This document shows positions 18,649 to 27,152 of a DNA stretch of 45,042 nt, piece after piece (position 1 is the first letter of the stretch; each line of letters begins with the position of its first letter). The stretch covers positions 1 to 45,042 of the forward strand of contig JAUWBJ010000003.1 of assembly GCA_030605095.1 (NCBI GenBank), written 5' to 3'. This DNA comes from Candidatus Omnitrophota bacterium. Its GTDB lineage: Bacteria; Omnitrophota; Gorgyraeia; JABMRN01; RBG-13-46-9. A program made the translations under genes and the position numbers. The notes under the pieces were generated by a model. That model was not told the DNA's origin. It ran no database searches and saw nothing but the letters and a program-made list of their open reading frames with translations.

Positions 18649-19524
18649 ATGATAAGAAAAATAGCGGACATCCTGAAAGAGAAAAAACTCACCTTTTCTT
18701 TTGAGTTTTTCCCGCCGAAAACAGAAAAGGGAAGAAAAAAACTTCTTGAGGAGACCGCGAAAACCTACGCTGAACTTAAACCGGACTGGTTTGCGGTAAC
18801 CTACGGCGCCGGCGGCTCAACCAGGCAAGCCACAATGGAAATTGTCGATGAATTGCAAAAGCGCTACGATGTGCCGGTAATGCATCATTTTACATGTGTC
18901 GGGCATAGCAAAGATGAACTGAAAACCATAATCGGGGAGATGGAAAAAAGGAATATTCGCAATATCCTTGCGCTTCGCGGCGACGCGCCCGAAGGCGAGA
19001 AGGAGTGGCGCCCCGCTCCAGACGGACTGGAGTATTGCTATCAGCTTGTCGAGCTTATCCGTGCGCATGGCGATTTCTTCAGCATAGGCGTTGCCGGATT
19101 TCCGGAAGGGCATATTGACTGTCCTGACAAGGAAACCGATTCAAAGTATCTTAAGATTAAGATAGACGCGGGCGGCGAATTCGTCATAACGCAGCTTTTC
19201 TTCGATAATAAGGACTATTTCGAATATTTAGAGAGAACAAAAAAGATTGGGGTAAATGTGCGCATCCTGCCCGGGATTTTGCCGATAACAAGTTACCAGA
19301 AACTGCTTAAATTCTGCGAGACTTGCGGGGCCACTATCCCCAAGCGCGTTCACGACATATTTAAACCGCTTGATGGTAATGACGAAGCCAGCTATAAGGC
19401 GGGCGTCGATTTCGCGGTTGAGCAATGTAATGATTTACTTAAAGGCGGCTCACCCGGGCTGCATTTCTATTCGTTAAATAAGGTTGAGCCCACGAAAGAA
19501 ATTTTAAGTAGGATAAAACGCTAG
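18649..19524 (+). CDS. metF: Methylenetetrahydrofolate reductase
   Basis: SFEFFPPKT, NILALRGD and ITQLFFD motifs. Confidence 0.9.
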   Translation: MIRKIADILKEKKLTFSFEFFPPKTEKGRKKLLEETAKTYAELKPDWFAVTYGAGGSTRQATMEIVDELQKRYDVPVMHHFTCVGHSKDELKTIIGEMEKRNIRNILALRGDAPEGEKEWRPAPDGLEYCYQLVELIRAHGDFFSIGVAGFPEGHIDCPDKETDSKYLKIKIDAGGEFVITQLFFDNKDYFEYLERTKKIGVNVRILPGILPITSYQKLLKFCETCGATIPKRVHDIFKPLDGNDEASYKAGVDFAVEQCNDLLKGGSPGLHFYSLNKVEPTKEILSRIKR

Positions 19525-19534
19525 GGAGAAAATC

Positions 19535-20386
19535 ATGAGCGCACAATTACTGGAAGGAAAGACTATTGCGGCTAAAATTAAAGAAGACCTCAAAAAAGAG
19601 ATTGAGTCGCTTAAACAAAAACCGAAGCTCGTCAGTATCCAGGTAGGCGAAAATCCGGCTTCAGCAGTTTACATAAAATCGCAGAAAAAAAACGCAGAAA
19701 ACTTAGGTATAGAATACGAATTAAAAACCCTGGGAATTGGCGTAATACAGGATATTTTAATAGAGGAAATTGAAAGTTTAAATCAGGATAAAGGCGTATC
19801 AGGCATAATTGTTCAACTTCCGCTCCCTAAAGGAATAGACCATCGACTTGTAATGAGCGCTATTTCCCCTGAAAAAGATGCCGAGGGAATGCACCCGGAA
19901 AACTTAGGCCACGTGCTCTTAGGAGATGCCAAACTTGCGCCCTGCACCGCACAGGCCGCGATGGAACTTATACAGTCTACAGGGGTTAAGCTCTATGGAA
20001 AAGAAGCGGTAATTGTTGGACATTCTGAAATTGTGGGGAAGCCCTTGAGTTTGTTATTATTGAATAAATTTGTTACAACAAGTGTTTGTCATATTGCCAC
20101 AGGCGAAAGAGGTGTTTTACCCGAGCATGTAAAGAGGGCAGAGATACTGGTAGTAGCAGTAGGCAAGGCAGGACTAGTTAAAGGTGAATGGATTAAAGAA
20201 GGCGCAATTGTTATAGACGTAGGGATTAACCGCGTGGGCGATAAACTCGTGGGTGATGTGGAGTTTGAAAAAGCGAAAGAACGCGCTGCTTTTATTACTC
20301 CTGTGCCAGGCGGTGTAGGCCCTCTAACAGTAACGATGTTAATGCGCAATGTAGTAAACGCTTTTAAATTGCAACATAGGAGTTAG
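19535..20386 (+). CDS. folD: Bifunctional methylene-THF dehydrogenase / methenyl-THF cyclohydrolase
   Basis: YIKSQKK, QLPLP, VVGHSEIVGKP and PVPGGVGP motifs. Confidence 0.95.
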   Translation: MSAQLLEGKTIAAKIKEDLKKEIESLKQKPKLVSIQVGENPASAVYIKSQKKNAENLGIEYELKTLGIGVIQDILIEEIESLNQDKGVSGIIVQLPLPKGIDHRLVMSAISPEKDAEGMHPENLGHVLLGDAKLAPCTAQAAMELIQSTGVKLYGKEAVIVGHSEIVGKPLSLLLLNKFVTTSVCHIATGERGVLPEHVKRAEILVVAVGKAGLVKGEWIKEGAIVIDVGINRVGDKLVGDVEFEKAKERAAFITPVPGGVGPLTVTMLMRNVVNAFKLQHRS

Positions 20387-20389
20387 GCG

Positions 20390-22321
20390 ATGAGTGAGAA
20401 ACATATAGAACGTTCATACGACCCGGCAAGTCAAAAAATGATAAAGAAGGCCCAGGATGAGGATATAAAAATCGTCTGGGATAGGCATGATGCGATGCAG
20501 CCGCAGTGCGGTTTTGGTGAGCTTGGGATATGCTGCAAGATATGCAATATGGGGCCGTGCAGGATTGATCCCTTTGGAGAAGGACCGCAGGAGGGTGTGT
20601 GCGGGGCTTCAAAGGATACGATTGCGGCTCGGAATCTTGTAAGAATGATTGCCTCAGGCGCGGCGGCTCATTCGGACCATGGACGAGATATAGCGCACGC
20701 TTTACTTTCAGCAGCAAAAGGTGAAGCACACGATTATAAGCTAAAAGGCACAGACAAATTAAAAAGAGTAGCCGAAGTTTACGGTATAGATACTGCCGGT
20801 AAAAGTATTGAGAAGATTGGCGAGGAATTAGGCGAGAAGTGTCTGGCTGAATTCGGCCAGCAGCACGGTGAATTAAGACTTACCAGCCTTGCACCCAAAA
20901 AACGGCAGGCGCTCTGGAGAAAATTAGGTATTATACCTAGAGGCATAGACAGAGAAATCGTTGAGATAATGCATAGAACCCATATGGGAGTAGATAATGA
21001 TTATAAAAACATAATAAATCATGGAATAAGAGCTGCGCTTGGCGATGGCTGGGGTGGCTCGATGATAGCGACAGAGCTTTCTGATATTTTGTTTGGCTCA
21101 CCCGAGCCGATACGAGCAACGGTGAACTTAGGGGTTTTAAAAGAAGACCAGGTGAATATTGTTGTCCATGGTCACGAACCTACGCTTTCTGACGTCGTTG
21201 TTGATGCGGGAAAAGACCCGGAACTTTTGGCACTGGCCAAAAAATACGGGGCAAAAGGCATCAATATAATAGGTATGTGTTGCACAGCGAATGAGATATT
21301 GATGAGGCATGGTATTCCCTCAGCAGGTAATTTCCTGCAACAGGAATTGGCAATTTTAACTGGGTCGGTCGAACTTATGATGGTTGACGTGCAGTGCATA
21401 ATGCCTGCTCTTTCGAGCGTTGCGAACTGTTTCCACACGAAAATTGTTACCACTTCCCCCAAATGTAAATTCCCGGGGGTAGAGCATGTTGAATTTAAAG
21501 AAGAGAAAGCCCTTGAGATTGCCAAAGAAATTATCAAAAAAGGCGTGGAAAATTATAAGAATAGAGTTAAAAAACGTGTGGATATTCCAAAAGAGATAAA
21601 AGGACTGGTTGCAGGATTCACCACTGAAAACGCTTTTCACTTTTTAGGCGGCAAATATCGTTCTACTTATAGACCCCTTAATGATGCGATAATTTCCGGC
21701 AGGTTAAGAGGGGCTGCAGGTGTAGTCGGTTGCAACAATCCTAACATAAGGCATGACTGGGCACATGTTTCCATGGTTAAGGAGCTTATAAAGAACGATG
21801 TTTTAGTCGTGCAGACAGGTTGCTCCGCAATAGCATGCGCTAAAGAGGGATTAATGACTCCTGAGAGTGCTTATAAATTTGCCGGTCCGGGCCTTCGTGA
21901 GATTTGCGAGGCAGTAGGCATACCGCCGGTTTTACATGTTGGCTCGTGCGTTGACAACTCAAGAATTTTACTTATTCTTTCAGAAATGGTCAAAGAAGGC
22001 GGCTTAGGGGAAGACATAAGCGATTTACCTGCTGCAGGAGCTGCTCCTGAATGGATGAGCGAAAAAGCAATCTCTATCGGTTTTTATGTTGTAGCGAGCG
22101 GTGTATTTACGGTTTTTGGCACACCGCATCCGGTCTTAGGGAGTGAAAACGTTACAAAGTATATTACAAATGAACTTGAAGACATTGTGGGTGGCAAGTT
22201 TGCTTTTGAGGTTGATCCAATTAAAGCTGCGCATATGATGATTAGACACATTGATTTAAAAAGAAAAGCATTAAAGCTTGGACCTGCGATACATCAACAA
22301 AAGGTAGCGCTAAAGACGTGA
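20390..22321 (+). CDS. cooS: Anaerobic Ni-CO dehydrogenase catalytic subunit
   Basis: N-terminal CxFGxxGxCCxxCxxGPC cluster-B/D motif, the length, and the acs-operon context. Confidence 0.95.
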   Translation: MSEKHIERSYDPASQKMIKKAQDEDIKIVWDRHDAMQPQCGFGELGICCKICNMGPCRIDPFGEGPQEGVCGASKDTIAARNLVRMIASGAAAHSDHGRDIAHALLSAAKGEAHDYKLKGTDKLKRVAEVYGIDTAGKSIEKIGEELGEKCLAEFGQQHGELRLTSLAPKKRQALWRKLGIIPRGIDREIVEIMHRTHMGVDNDYKNIINHGIRAALGDGWGGSMIATELSDILFGSPEPIRATVNLGVLKEDQVNIVVHGHEPTLSDVVVDAGKDPELLALAKKYGAKGINIIGMCCTANEILMRHGIPSAGNFLQQELAILTGSVELMMVDVQCIMPALSSVANCFHTKIVTTSPKCKFPGVEHVEFKEEKALEIAKEIIKKGVENYKNRVKKRVDIPKEIKGLVAGFTTENAFHFLGGKYRSTYRPLNDAIISGRLRGAAGVVGCNNPNIRHDWAHVSMVKELIKNDVLVVQTGCSAIACAKEGLMTPESAYKFAGPGLREICEAVGIPPVLHVGSCVDNSRILLILSEMVKEGGLGEDISDLPAAGAAPEWMSEKAISIGFYVVASGVFTVFGTPHPVLGSENVTKYITNELEDIVGGKFAFEVDPIKAAHMMIRHIDLKRKALKLGPAIHQQKVALKT

Positions 22322-22824
22322 AGACCAAAGACCAAAAACCAAAGACCAAAGACATAAAAATATATTGCGATATTACCAAATGCGTTGGTTGCCGTTCCTG
22401 CGAGATAGCCTGCGCGGTCGAGCATTCTAAATCGAAAGATATTTTTTCGGCTGTTCGCGAAAAACCGTTACCAAAAAAGAGGGTAACGACAGAAAACATA
22501 GGTGCTAAAATTATTTCACTGCATTGTCAACACTGCGAAGATGCGCCGTGTATAAAGGCCTGCATGAGTGGCGCGTTATCAAAGGATGAAAAAACAGGCG
22601 CTACATTGCACGATAAGGAAAAGTGCGTTGGATGCTGGATGTGCGTCATGGTTTGTCCTTTTGGTGCGATAGTAAGAGATATTGAGAATCACATAGCGGT
22701 TAAATGCGACCTCTGCCCGGATAGGGATGAGGACTATGCCTGCGTTGAAGCATGTCCGACAGGGGCTTTGTTTACCGGCACTAAGGAAGAGTTTGAGAAG
22801 AAGATAAAAGGTCGGAAAAAGTGA
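22318..22824 (+). CDS. cooF: 4Fe-4S dicluster ferredoxin, CooF-like
   Basis: Multiple CxxCxxCxxxC(P) motifs. The GTG start overlaps the cooS stop as GTGA. The Lys-rich N-terminus is encoded by AAGACCA repeats. Confidence 0.8.
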   Translation: MKTKDQKPKTKDIKIYCDITKCVGCRSCEIACAVEHSKSKDIFSAVREKPLPKKRVTTENIGAKIISLHCQHCEDAPCIKACMSGALSKDEKTGATLHDKEKCVGCWMCVMVCPFGAIVRDIENHIAVKCDLCPDRDEDYACVEACPTGALFTGTKEEFEKKIKGRKK

Positions 22825-23157
22825 ACCCCGCCCTTCCTAAAGAAGCAAGGAAGGGCTGGGTGAACCCCGCCCTTCCTAAAAGAAGGAATTGGTATTATAT
22901 ATATTTACTAAGTAGTAAAATTAAACAATGGATTTATATAGGATGTACAAGTGATCTGAAGAAAAGATTAATAGAGCACCAACAAGGAAAACTATTTTCA
23001 ACAAAAAAAATGTTACCAATAGAATTGATATATTTTGAAGCCTACAGATCTAAAAAAGTAGCATTTGAAAGAGAAAAGGCTTTGAAAAAATATGGAAGTG
23101 GTTTAGCAAAGCTAAAGTCTAGAATTGGCATTATAAGCAAAGGAAGGGCGGGGTGAA
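22821..23157 (+). mobile_element. Palindrome-bounded insertion: a 39-bp ORF-less hairpin unit plus a 293-bp unit carrying a GIY-YIG ORF, each bounded by GTGAA
   Basis: GTGAA occurs at 22821, 22860 and 23153. The inverted termini are CCCCGCCCTTCC (22826-37, 22865-76) and GGAAGGGC(T/G)GG (22848-59, 23142-52). The interior is about 27% GC by hand count. Confidence 0.6.
22860..23156 (+). CDS. GIY-YIG nuclease family protein (small stand-alone URI domain)
   Basis: WYYIYLL..IYIGCTSDLKKRLIEHQQGK..E..A..REK.LK matches the GIY-YIG core. GTG 22860 has an AGGAAGG SD 5 nt upstream; GTG 22821 is an alternative start. Confidence 0.75.
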   Translation: MNPALPKRRNWYYIYLLSSKIKQWIYIGCTSDLKKRLIEHQQGKLFSTKKMLPIELIYFEAYRSKKVAFEREKALKKYGSGLAKLKSRIGIISKGRAG

Positions 23158-24442
23158 TTACGTAATAATAGGCGGGAGTGCAGCCGGTGTTACGGCTGCG
23201 GAAACAATACGGAAACAGGATAAAGAATCATCCGTAACGCTAATTTCGGATGAGGAGTTTGCGCTCTATTCGCGATGTCTTTTAACATATTTTATAGCGG
23301 GGACTATTAACGAGGATAAGCTTTATTTTAAAGACAAAAATTTTTATAAAGAAAATGACGTAAAAACTTATCTCGGCAAAAAGGCCGTTTCCATCGACCG
23401 GAAGAAAAAGAGCGTTTCTTTAGAGGGCGGAACAAAAATTTCATATGATAAACTTCTGATTGCAACAGGCGCTACACCTAAATCTGTTGATATTCCTGGC
23501 ATTGAAAAAAAAGGCGTATTTACGGTTAGAAAAATAGATGATGCCCGCGCAATAATAAATATGCTGGATAGCGTAAAAGAAATCGCAGTTTTAGGGGGCG
23601 GCCTGATAGGCCTCAGGGACGCGTACGCCTTAAGGCAGAGAGACAAGAAAGTAACCGTCATTGTAAAAAGCCCACAGGTTCTGTCGCAAATGGTAGATAT
23701 GGATGCCGCGCGGGTTATTGCTTCTATCTTAGAGAAAAACGGCATAAAAATTATGACTGGCGTGGCAGCAAAGGAAATTACAGGTAAAGGCTCTGTAGAG
23801 GGTATTTTACTGGATAACGGTGAACGCCTCGCCTGCCAGCTTGTTGTTATAGGTAAAGGTGTAAAGCCAAATACAGAGATTGCCTCGGTTGCCGGACTAA
23901 AGGTTGAAGACGGAATCGTGGTTAATGAATTTCTGCAAACATCCGATAAAGATATTTTTGCTGCGGGTGATGTTGCCGAGACTTACGATATCGCAAGGGA
24001 GTCCAAAAGGATAAATGCCCTGTGGCCCTGCGCCATTGAGCAGGGGGAAGTAGCTGCCTTAAATATGCTCGGCGAAAAGAAAACTTATGACGGTTCGCTG
24101 TCCATGAATTCCGTTGATTTTTTCGGCTTGGCGTCTATCTCGATGGGGATTACTAAGCCTAAAGAAGAGAAGAAATATGAGATAATTTCCAGGACAGGGG
24201 AGAATTCATACAAAAAATTCATTTTGAAGGATAACAGAATTGTCGGAATGGTTCTCGTAGGCGATATCAGGCCGGCAGGGGTAGTCAGCGCCCTTATAAA
24301 AAATAAGATCGATGTATCAAGCATAAAAGAAAAGATAGTCGATGATAATTTCAATTACGCGAAAATAATGCCGGTGGTTAAAGAATTCGGGGATAAGTTC
24401 AAGCAGGAAGAATTTAGAGATACAGTTTTAAGTTTTAAGTAA
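23153..24442 (+). CDS. FAD-dependent pyridine nucleotide-disulfide oxidoreductase (CooS/CooF-associated)
   Basis: Two Rossmann motifs, VIIGGSAAG and AVLGGGLIG, and the GD motif AAGDVAE. The GTG start overlaps the GIY-YIG stop. Confidence 0.85.
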   Translation: MNYVIIGGSAAGVTAAETIRKQDKESSVTLISDEEFALYSRCLLTYFIAGTINEDKLYFKDKNFYKENDVKTYLGKKAVSIDRKKKSVSLEGGTKISYDKLLIATGATPKSVDIPGIEKKGVFTVRKIDDARAIINMLDSVKEIAVLGGGLIGLRDAYALRQRDKKVTVIVKSPQVLSQMVDMDAARVIASILEKNGIKIMTGVAAKEITGKGSVEGILLDNGERLACQLVVIGKGVKPNTEIASVAGLKVEDGIVVNEFLQTSDKDIFAAGDVAETYDIARESKRINALWPCAIEQGEVAALNMLGEKKTYDGSLSMNSVDFFGLASISMGITKPKEEKKYEIISRTGENSYKKFILKDNRIVGMVLVGDIRPAGVVSALIKNKIDVSSIKEKIVDDNFNYAKIMPVVKEFGDKFKQEEFRDTVLSFK

Positions 24443-24458
24443 CTAAAGGGAGTAATCT

Positions 24459-27143
24459 ATGTCGAAGATTGTAGCGAGCGCTGCCATAAGGGGTGCAAAG
24501 GCACTGGTAGCAGAAGCCGAGAAGCTTGTCAACAAGGCAATCGAAGAAAAAGGCAAGGATCAAAAGATAGAATTTCCTGAGACGGCATTTTTTCTTCCGA
24601 TGGCAAATGCCCTTTTAGGCGCTGAAGTGAAGACGCTGAAGGAGATAGAACCCGTGCTTAAAGAAGCGAAATCGCTTTTACACGATGAACCTACAAAGGA
24701 ACTTTGGCTTCCCTATTTAGGAGACGCGCTTGATTCAGGAATTGCCGCCCTTTTAGCGGAGGAGATTATCTGTGCTATGCGCTACCTAAGTGGCAAAGAG
24801 CCGCAGTCCGGCTGTAACGGTTTTTTCACGGATACAATACTTCGCACCCTCGGTATACAGCTCGTGGACGGAAGGATGCCGGGTTTCGCGGCGATATTGG
24901 GTGCGGCACCCGACAACAAAACAGCCGTGGAAATAGTGAGGGAATTCCAAAAAAGAAGCATAATGACCTTTGTCGGCTCAAGTTCGAACGGAAAAAGTAT
25001 TATAGACCAGCTGAAAGAAGAAAAAGTGGAAATGGGCTGGGATACATATATAGTTCCTTACGGAAGAGATACAATATCAGCCATATATCCTTTACACTGG
25101 GCCATAAGGGGTGCTCTTACATTCGGCGGTATAAAAGCAGGAAACGCGAAAGAATGTTTATTATATTGCAAAGAAAGGGTTTTTGCGTTCGGCCTTACAC
25201 TCGGCCCATTAGACGACATTAAATACGCCACAGGCGCCGGCGCGATAAATATGGGATTTCCCATTATTGCGGACACGGATATTCCTGAGATCAGACCGAC
25301 AGGTATTTGCACCTATGAGCACCTTGTGAAAGAATTTGACTATAAAAGGATTGTCCAGAAGTGCATTGAGGTAAGGGGCGTAAAGGTAAAAGTATCCAAG
25401 ATACCCATACCCGTTACTTATAGCGCTGCTTTTGAAGGCGAAAGGGTAAGGCGGGAACAGATGCATGTTCAGTTCGGCGGAAAATTCTCCTCTGCCTTTG
25501 AATTTGTCCGCTCAAAACCGCTTAATGAAGTTGAGGACGGGAAGATAGAGGTTGTCGGGCCGGAAATTGAGGACATGAAAGAGGGCGCGGCTTTCCCGCT
25601 CGGCATATTGGTAGAGGTTGCCGGAAGGAAAATGCAACACGATTTTGAACCCATACTTGAAAGGCAGCTACACGGCTTTCTAAACGAAGCGATGGGGATC
25701 TTCCATATGGGACAAAGAAATATGTGCTGGATGCGGATTTCAAAGGAAGCGCATAAGAAAGGTTTTAAGATAAAGCATTTCGGAACAATTATTCATGCCA
25801 GGTTCCACGATACATACGGAAAGATTGTAGATAAAGCACAAATTACTATCTTCACAAACCAGAAGGATGTGGATAAAATTGTGCCGGAGGCAATAAAGGT
25901 CTACGAAGAACGCGACGCTCGCCTCGCGGGTATGACTGACGAGAGCGTGGATACGTTTTATAGTTGTACGCTTTGCCAGTCGTTTGCCCCAAACCACGTC
26001 TGTATGGTAAAACCCGAACGTTCCGGACTTTGCGGCGCTTACTCTTGGCTTGATGCGAAGGCCTGTTACGAATTAAATCCGTCAGGGCCAAACCAGCCTG
26101 TTAAAAAAGGCGAAGCCCTTGATCCGGTTCGCGGTGAGTGGAAAGGCGTGAACGACTTTATTCATCAGAAATCCAACAAGACCTTAGAGAGATTTCACGG
26201 TTATTCGATTATGACATGGCCGGAAACGAGTTGCTGCGTTGGAGATACGGAGGTATTAATCGATAACAAAGTTGTGAAAATAGGCGAGTTTATCGACAAG
26301 CATAGAGGAGGAGAAGAATATACCAAATTTAAAGTCCTTACTTTAAATGGCGATAAGACTGTAAAAGAAAATATCGTTGCTATGCAAAAATTTCCTGCCC
26401 CTAAAGAATTGGTAAAAATTACGACAAGAACCGGTAAGGATCTTATATTAACAAAGGAACACAAAGTATTTCTTGATAGGTTTGGCTGCAGAGTAGGCCT
26501 TCGAGCCGATCATATAAAACAAGAGGATAGAGTTGTAGCCCTTAAAGAATCAAGGCGTAATGTACCAGTACTCAGAGAAAAAATAAACAATAGCAGGACT
26601 CTTACAATAGATACAGATTACTTTCTGGACATTGTTACTGACGTTAAAATAATTAAAAAGCATAAATTTGATTATGTGTATAATTTGACTCTTTCCGACA
26701 CACATAGTTATTTTGCTAACGGGATGCATATTGCAAATTGCGGATGTTTCGAATGTATAATTGCAATCTTACCCGAGGCAAACGGATTTATGGTTGTTAA
26801 CAGAGAATACTCCGGCTTTACGCCTGCCGGGATGAAGTTTTCAACCCTTGCCGGCTCTGTCGGAGGGGGCAACCAGACACCGGGATTTATGGGTGTGGGA
26901 AGACTCTATCTTGTAAGCAAGAAGTTTGTATCTGCCGATGGCGGAATAAAAAGGCTTGTGTGGATGCCGAAGGAACTCAAAGAGACACTCAGCGCTAAAT
27001 TAAAGAAAAGGTGCGAAGAAGAAGGCATACCGGATTTATTTGATAAAATTGCAGATGAAACCGTTGCGACTGAATCCGAACCACTCCTGAAATTTTTAAA
27101 GGAGAAAAAGCATCCTGCGCTTACTATGCCGCCACTTGTGTAA
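24459..27143 (+). CDS. acsB: CO-methylating acetyl-CoA synthase (A-cluster subunit), intein-containing precursor
   Basis: CTLCQSFAPNHVCMVKPERSGLC [4Fe-4S] motif and CGCFE Ni-Ni motif. It is 894 aa, or 725 aa without the insert. Confidence 0.95.
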   Translation: MSKIVASAAIRGAKALVAEAEKLVNKAIEEKGKDQKIEFPETAFFLPMANALLGAEVKTLKEIEPVLKEAKSLLHDEPTKELWLPYLGDALDSGIAALLAEEIICAMRYLSGKEPQSGCNGFFTDTILRTLGIQLVDGRMPGFAAILGAAPDNKTAVEIVREFQKRSIMTFVGSSSNGKSIIDQLKEEKVEMGWDTYIVPYGRDTISAIYPLHWAIRGALTFGGIKAGNAKECLLYCKERVFAFGLTLGPLDDIKYATGAGAINMGFPIIADTDIPEIRPTGICTYEHLVKEFDYKRIVQKCIEVRGVKVKVSKIPIPVTYSAAFEGERVRREQMHVQFGGKFSSAFEFVRSKPLNEVEDGKIEVVGPEIEDMKEGAAFPLGILVEVAGRKMQHDFEPILERQLHGFLNEAMGIFHMGQRNMCWMRISKEAHKKGFKIKHFGTIIHARFHDTYGKIVDKAQITIFTNQKDVDKIVPEAIKVYEERDARLAGMTDESVDTFYSCTLCQSFAPNHVCMVKPERSGLCGAYSWLDAKACYELNPSGPNQPVKKGEALDPVRGEWKGVNDFIHQKSNKTLERFHGYSIMTWPETSCCVGDTEVLIDNKVVKIGEFIDKHRGGEEYTKFKVLTLNGDKTVKENIVAMQKFPAPKELVKITTRTGKDLILTKEHKVFLDRFGCRVGLRADHIKQEDRVVALKESRRNVPVLREKINNSRTLTIDTDYFLDIVTDVKIIKKHKFDYVYNLTLSDTHSYFANGMHIANCGCFECIIAILPEANGFMVVNREYSGFTPAGMKFSTLAGSVGGGNQTPGFMGVGRLYLVSKKFVSADGGIKRLVWMPKELKETLSAKLKKRCEEEGIPDLFDKIADETVATESEPLLKFLKEKKHPALTMPPLV
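26232..26738 (+). other. Mini-intein (169 aa) within acsB
   Basis: CCVGDTEVL (block A), LTKEH (block B), VYNLTLSDTHSYFANG (block F), and MHIAN followed by Cys+1 (block G). About 34% GC versus about 52% in the flanking exteins, by hand count. Confidence 0.85.
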
Positions 27144-27152
27144 GGTGTAATT

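Noticed and set aside
22318-22352. AAGACCA tandem repeats at the cooS/cooF junction, considered as a possible independent repeat element.
   Set aside because: It is short, in frame, and simply encodes a Lys/Thr/Asp-rich N-terminal tail of CooF (KTKDQKPKTKD). It has no flanking structure.
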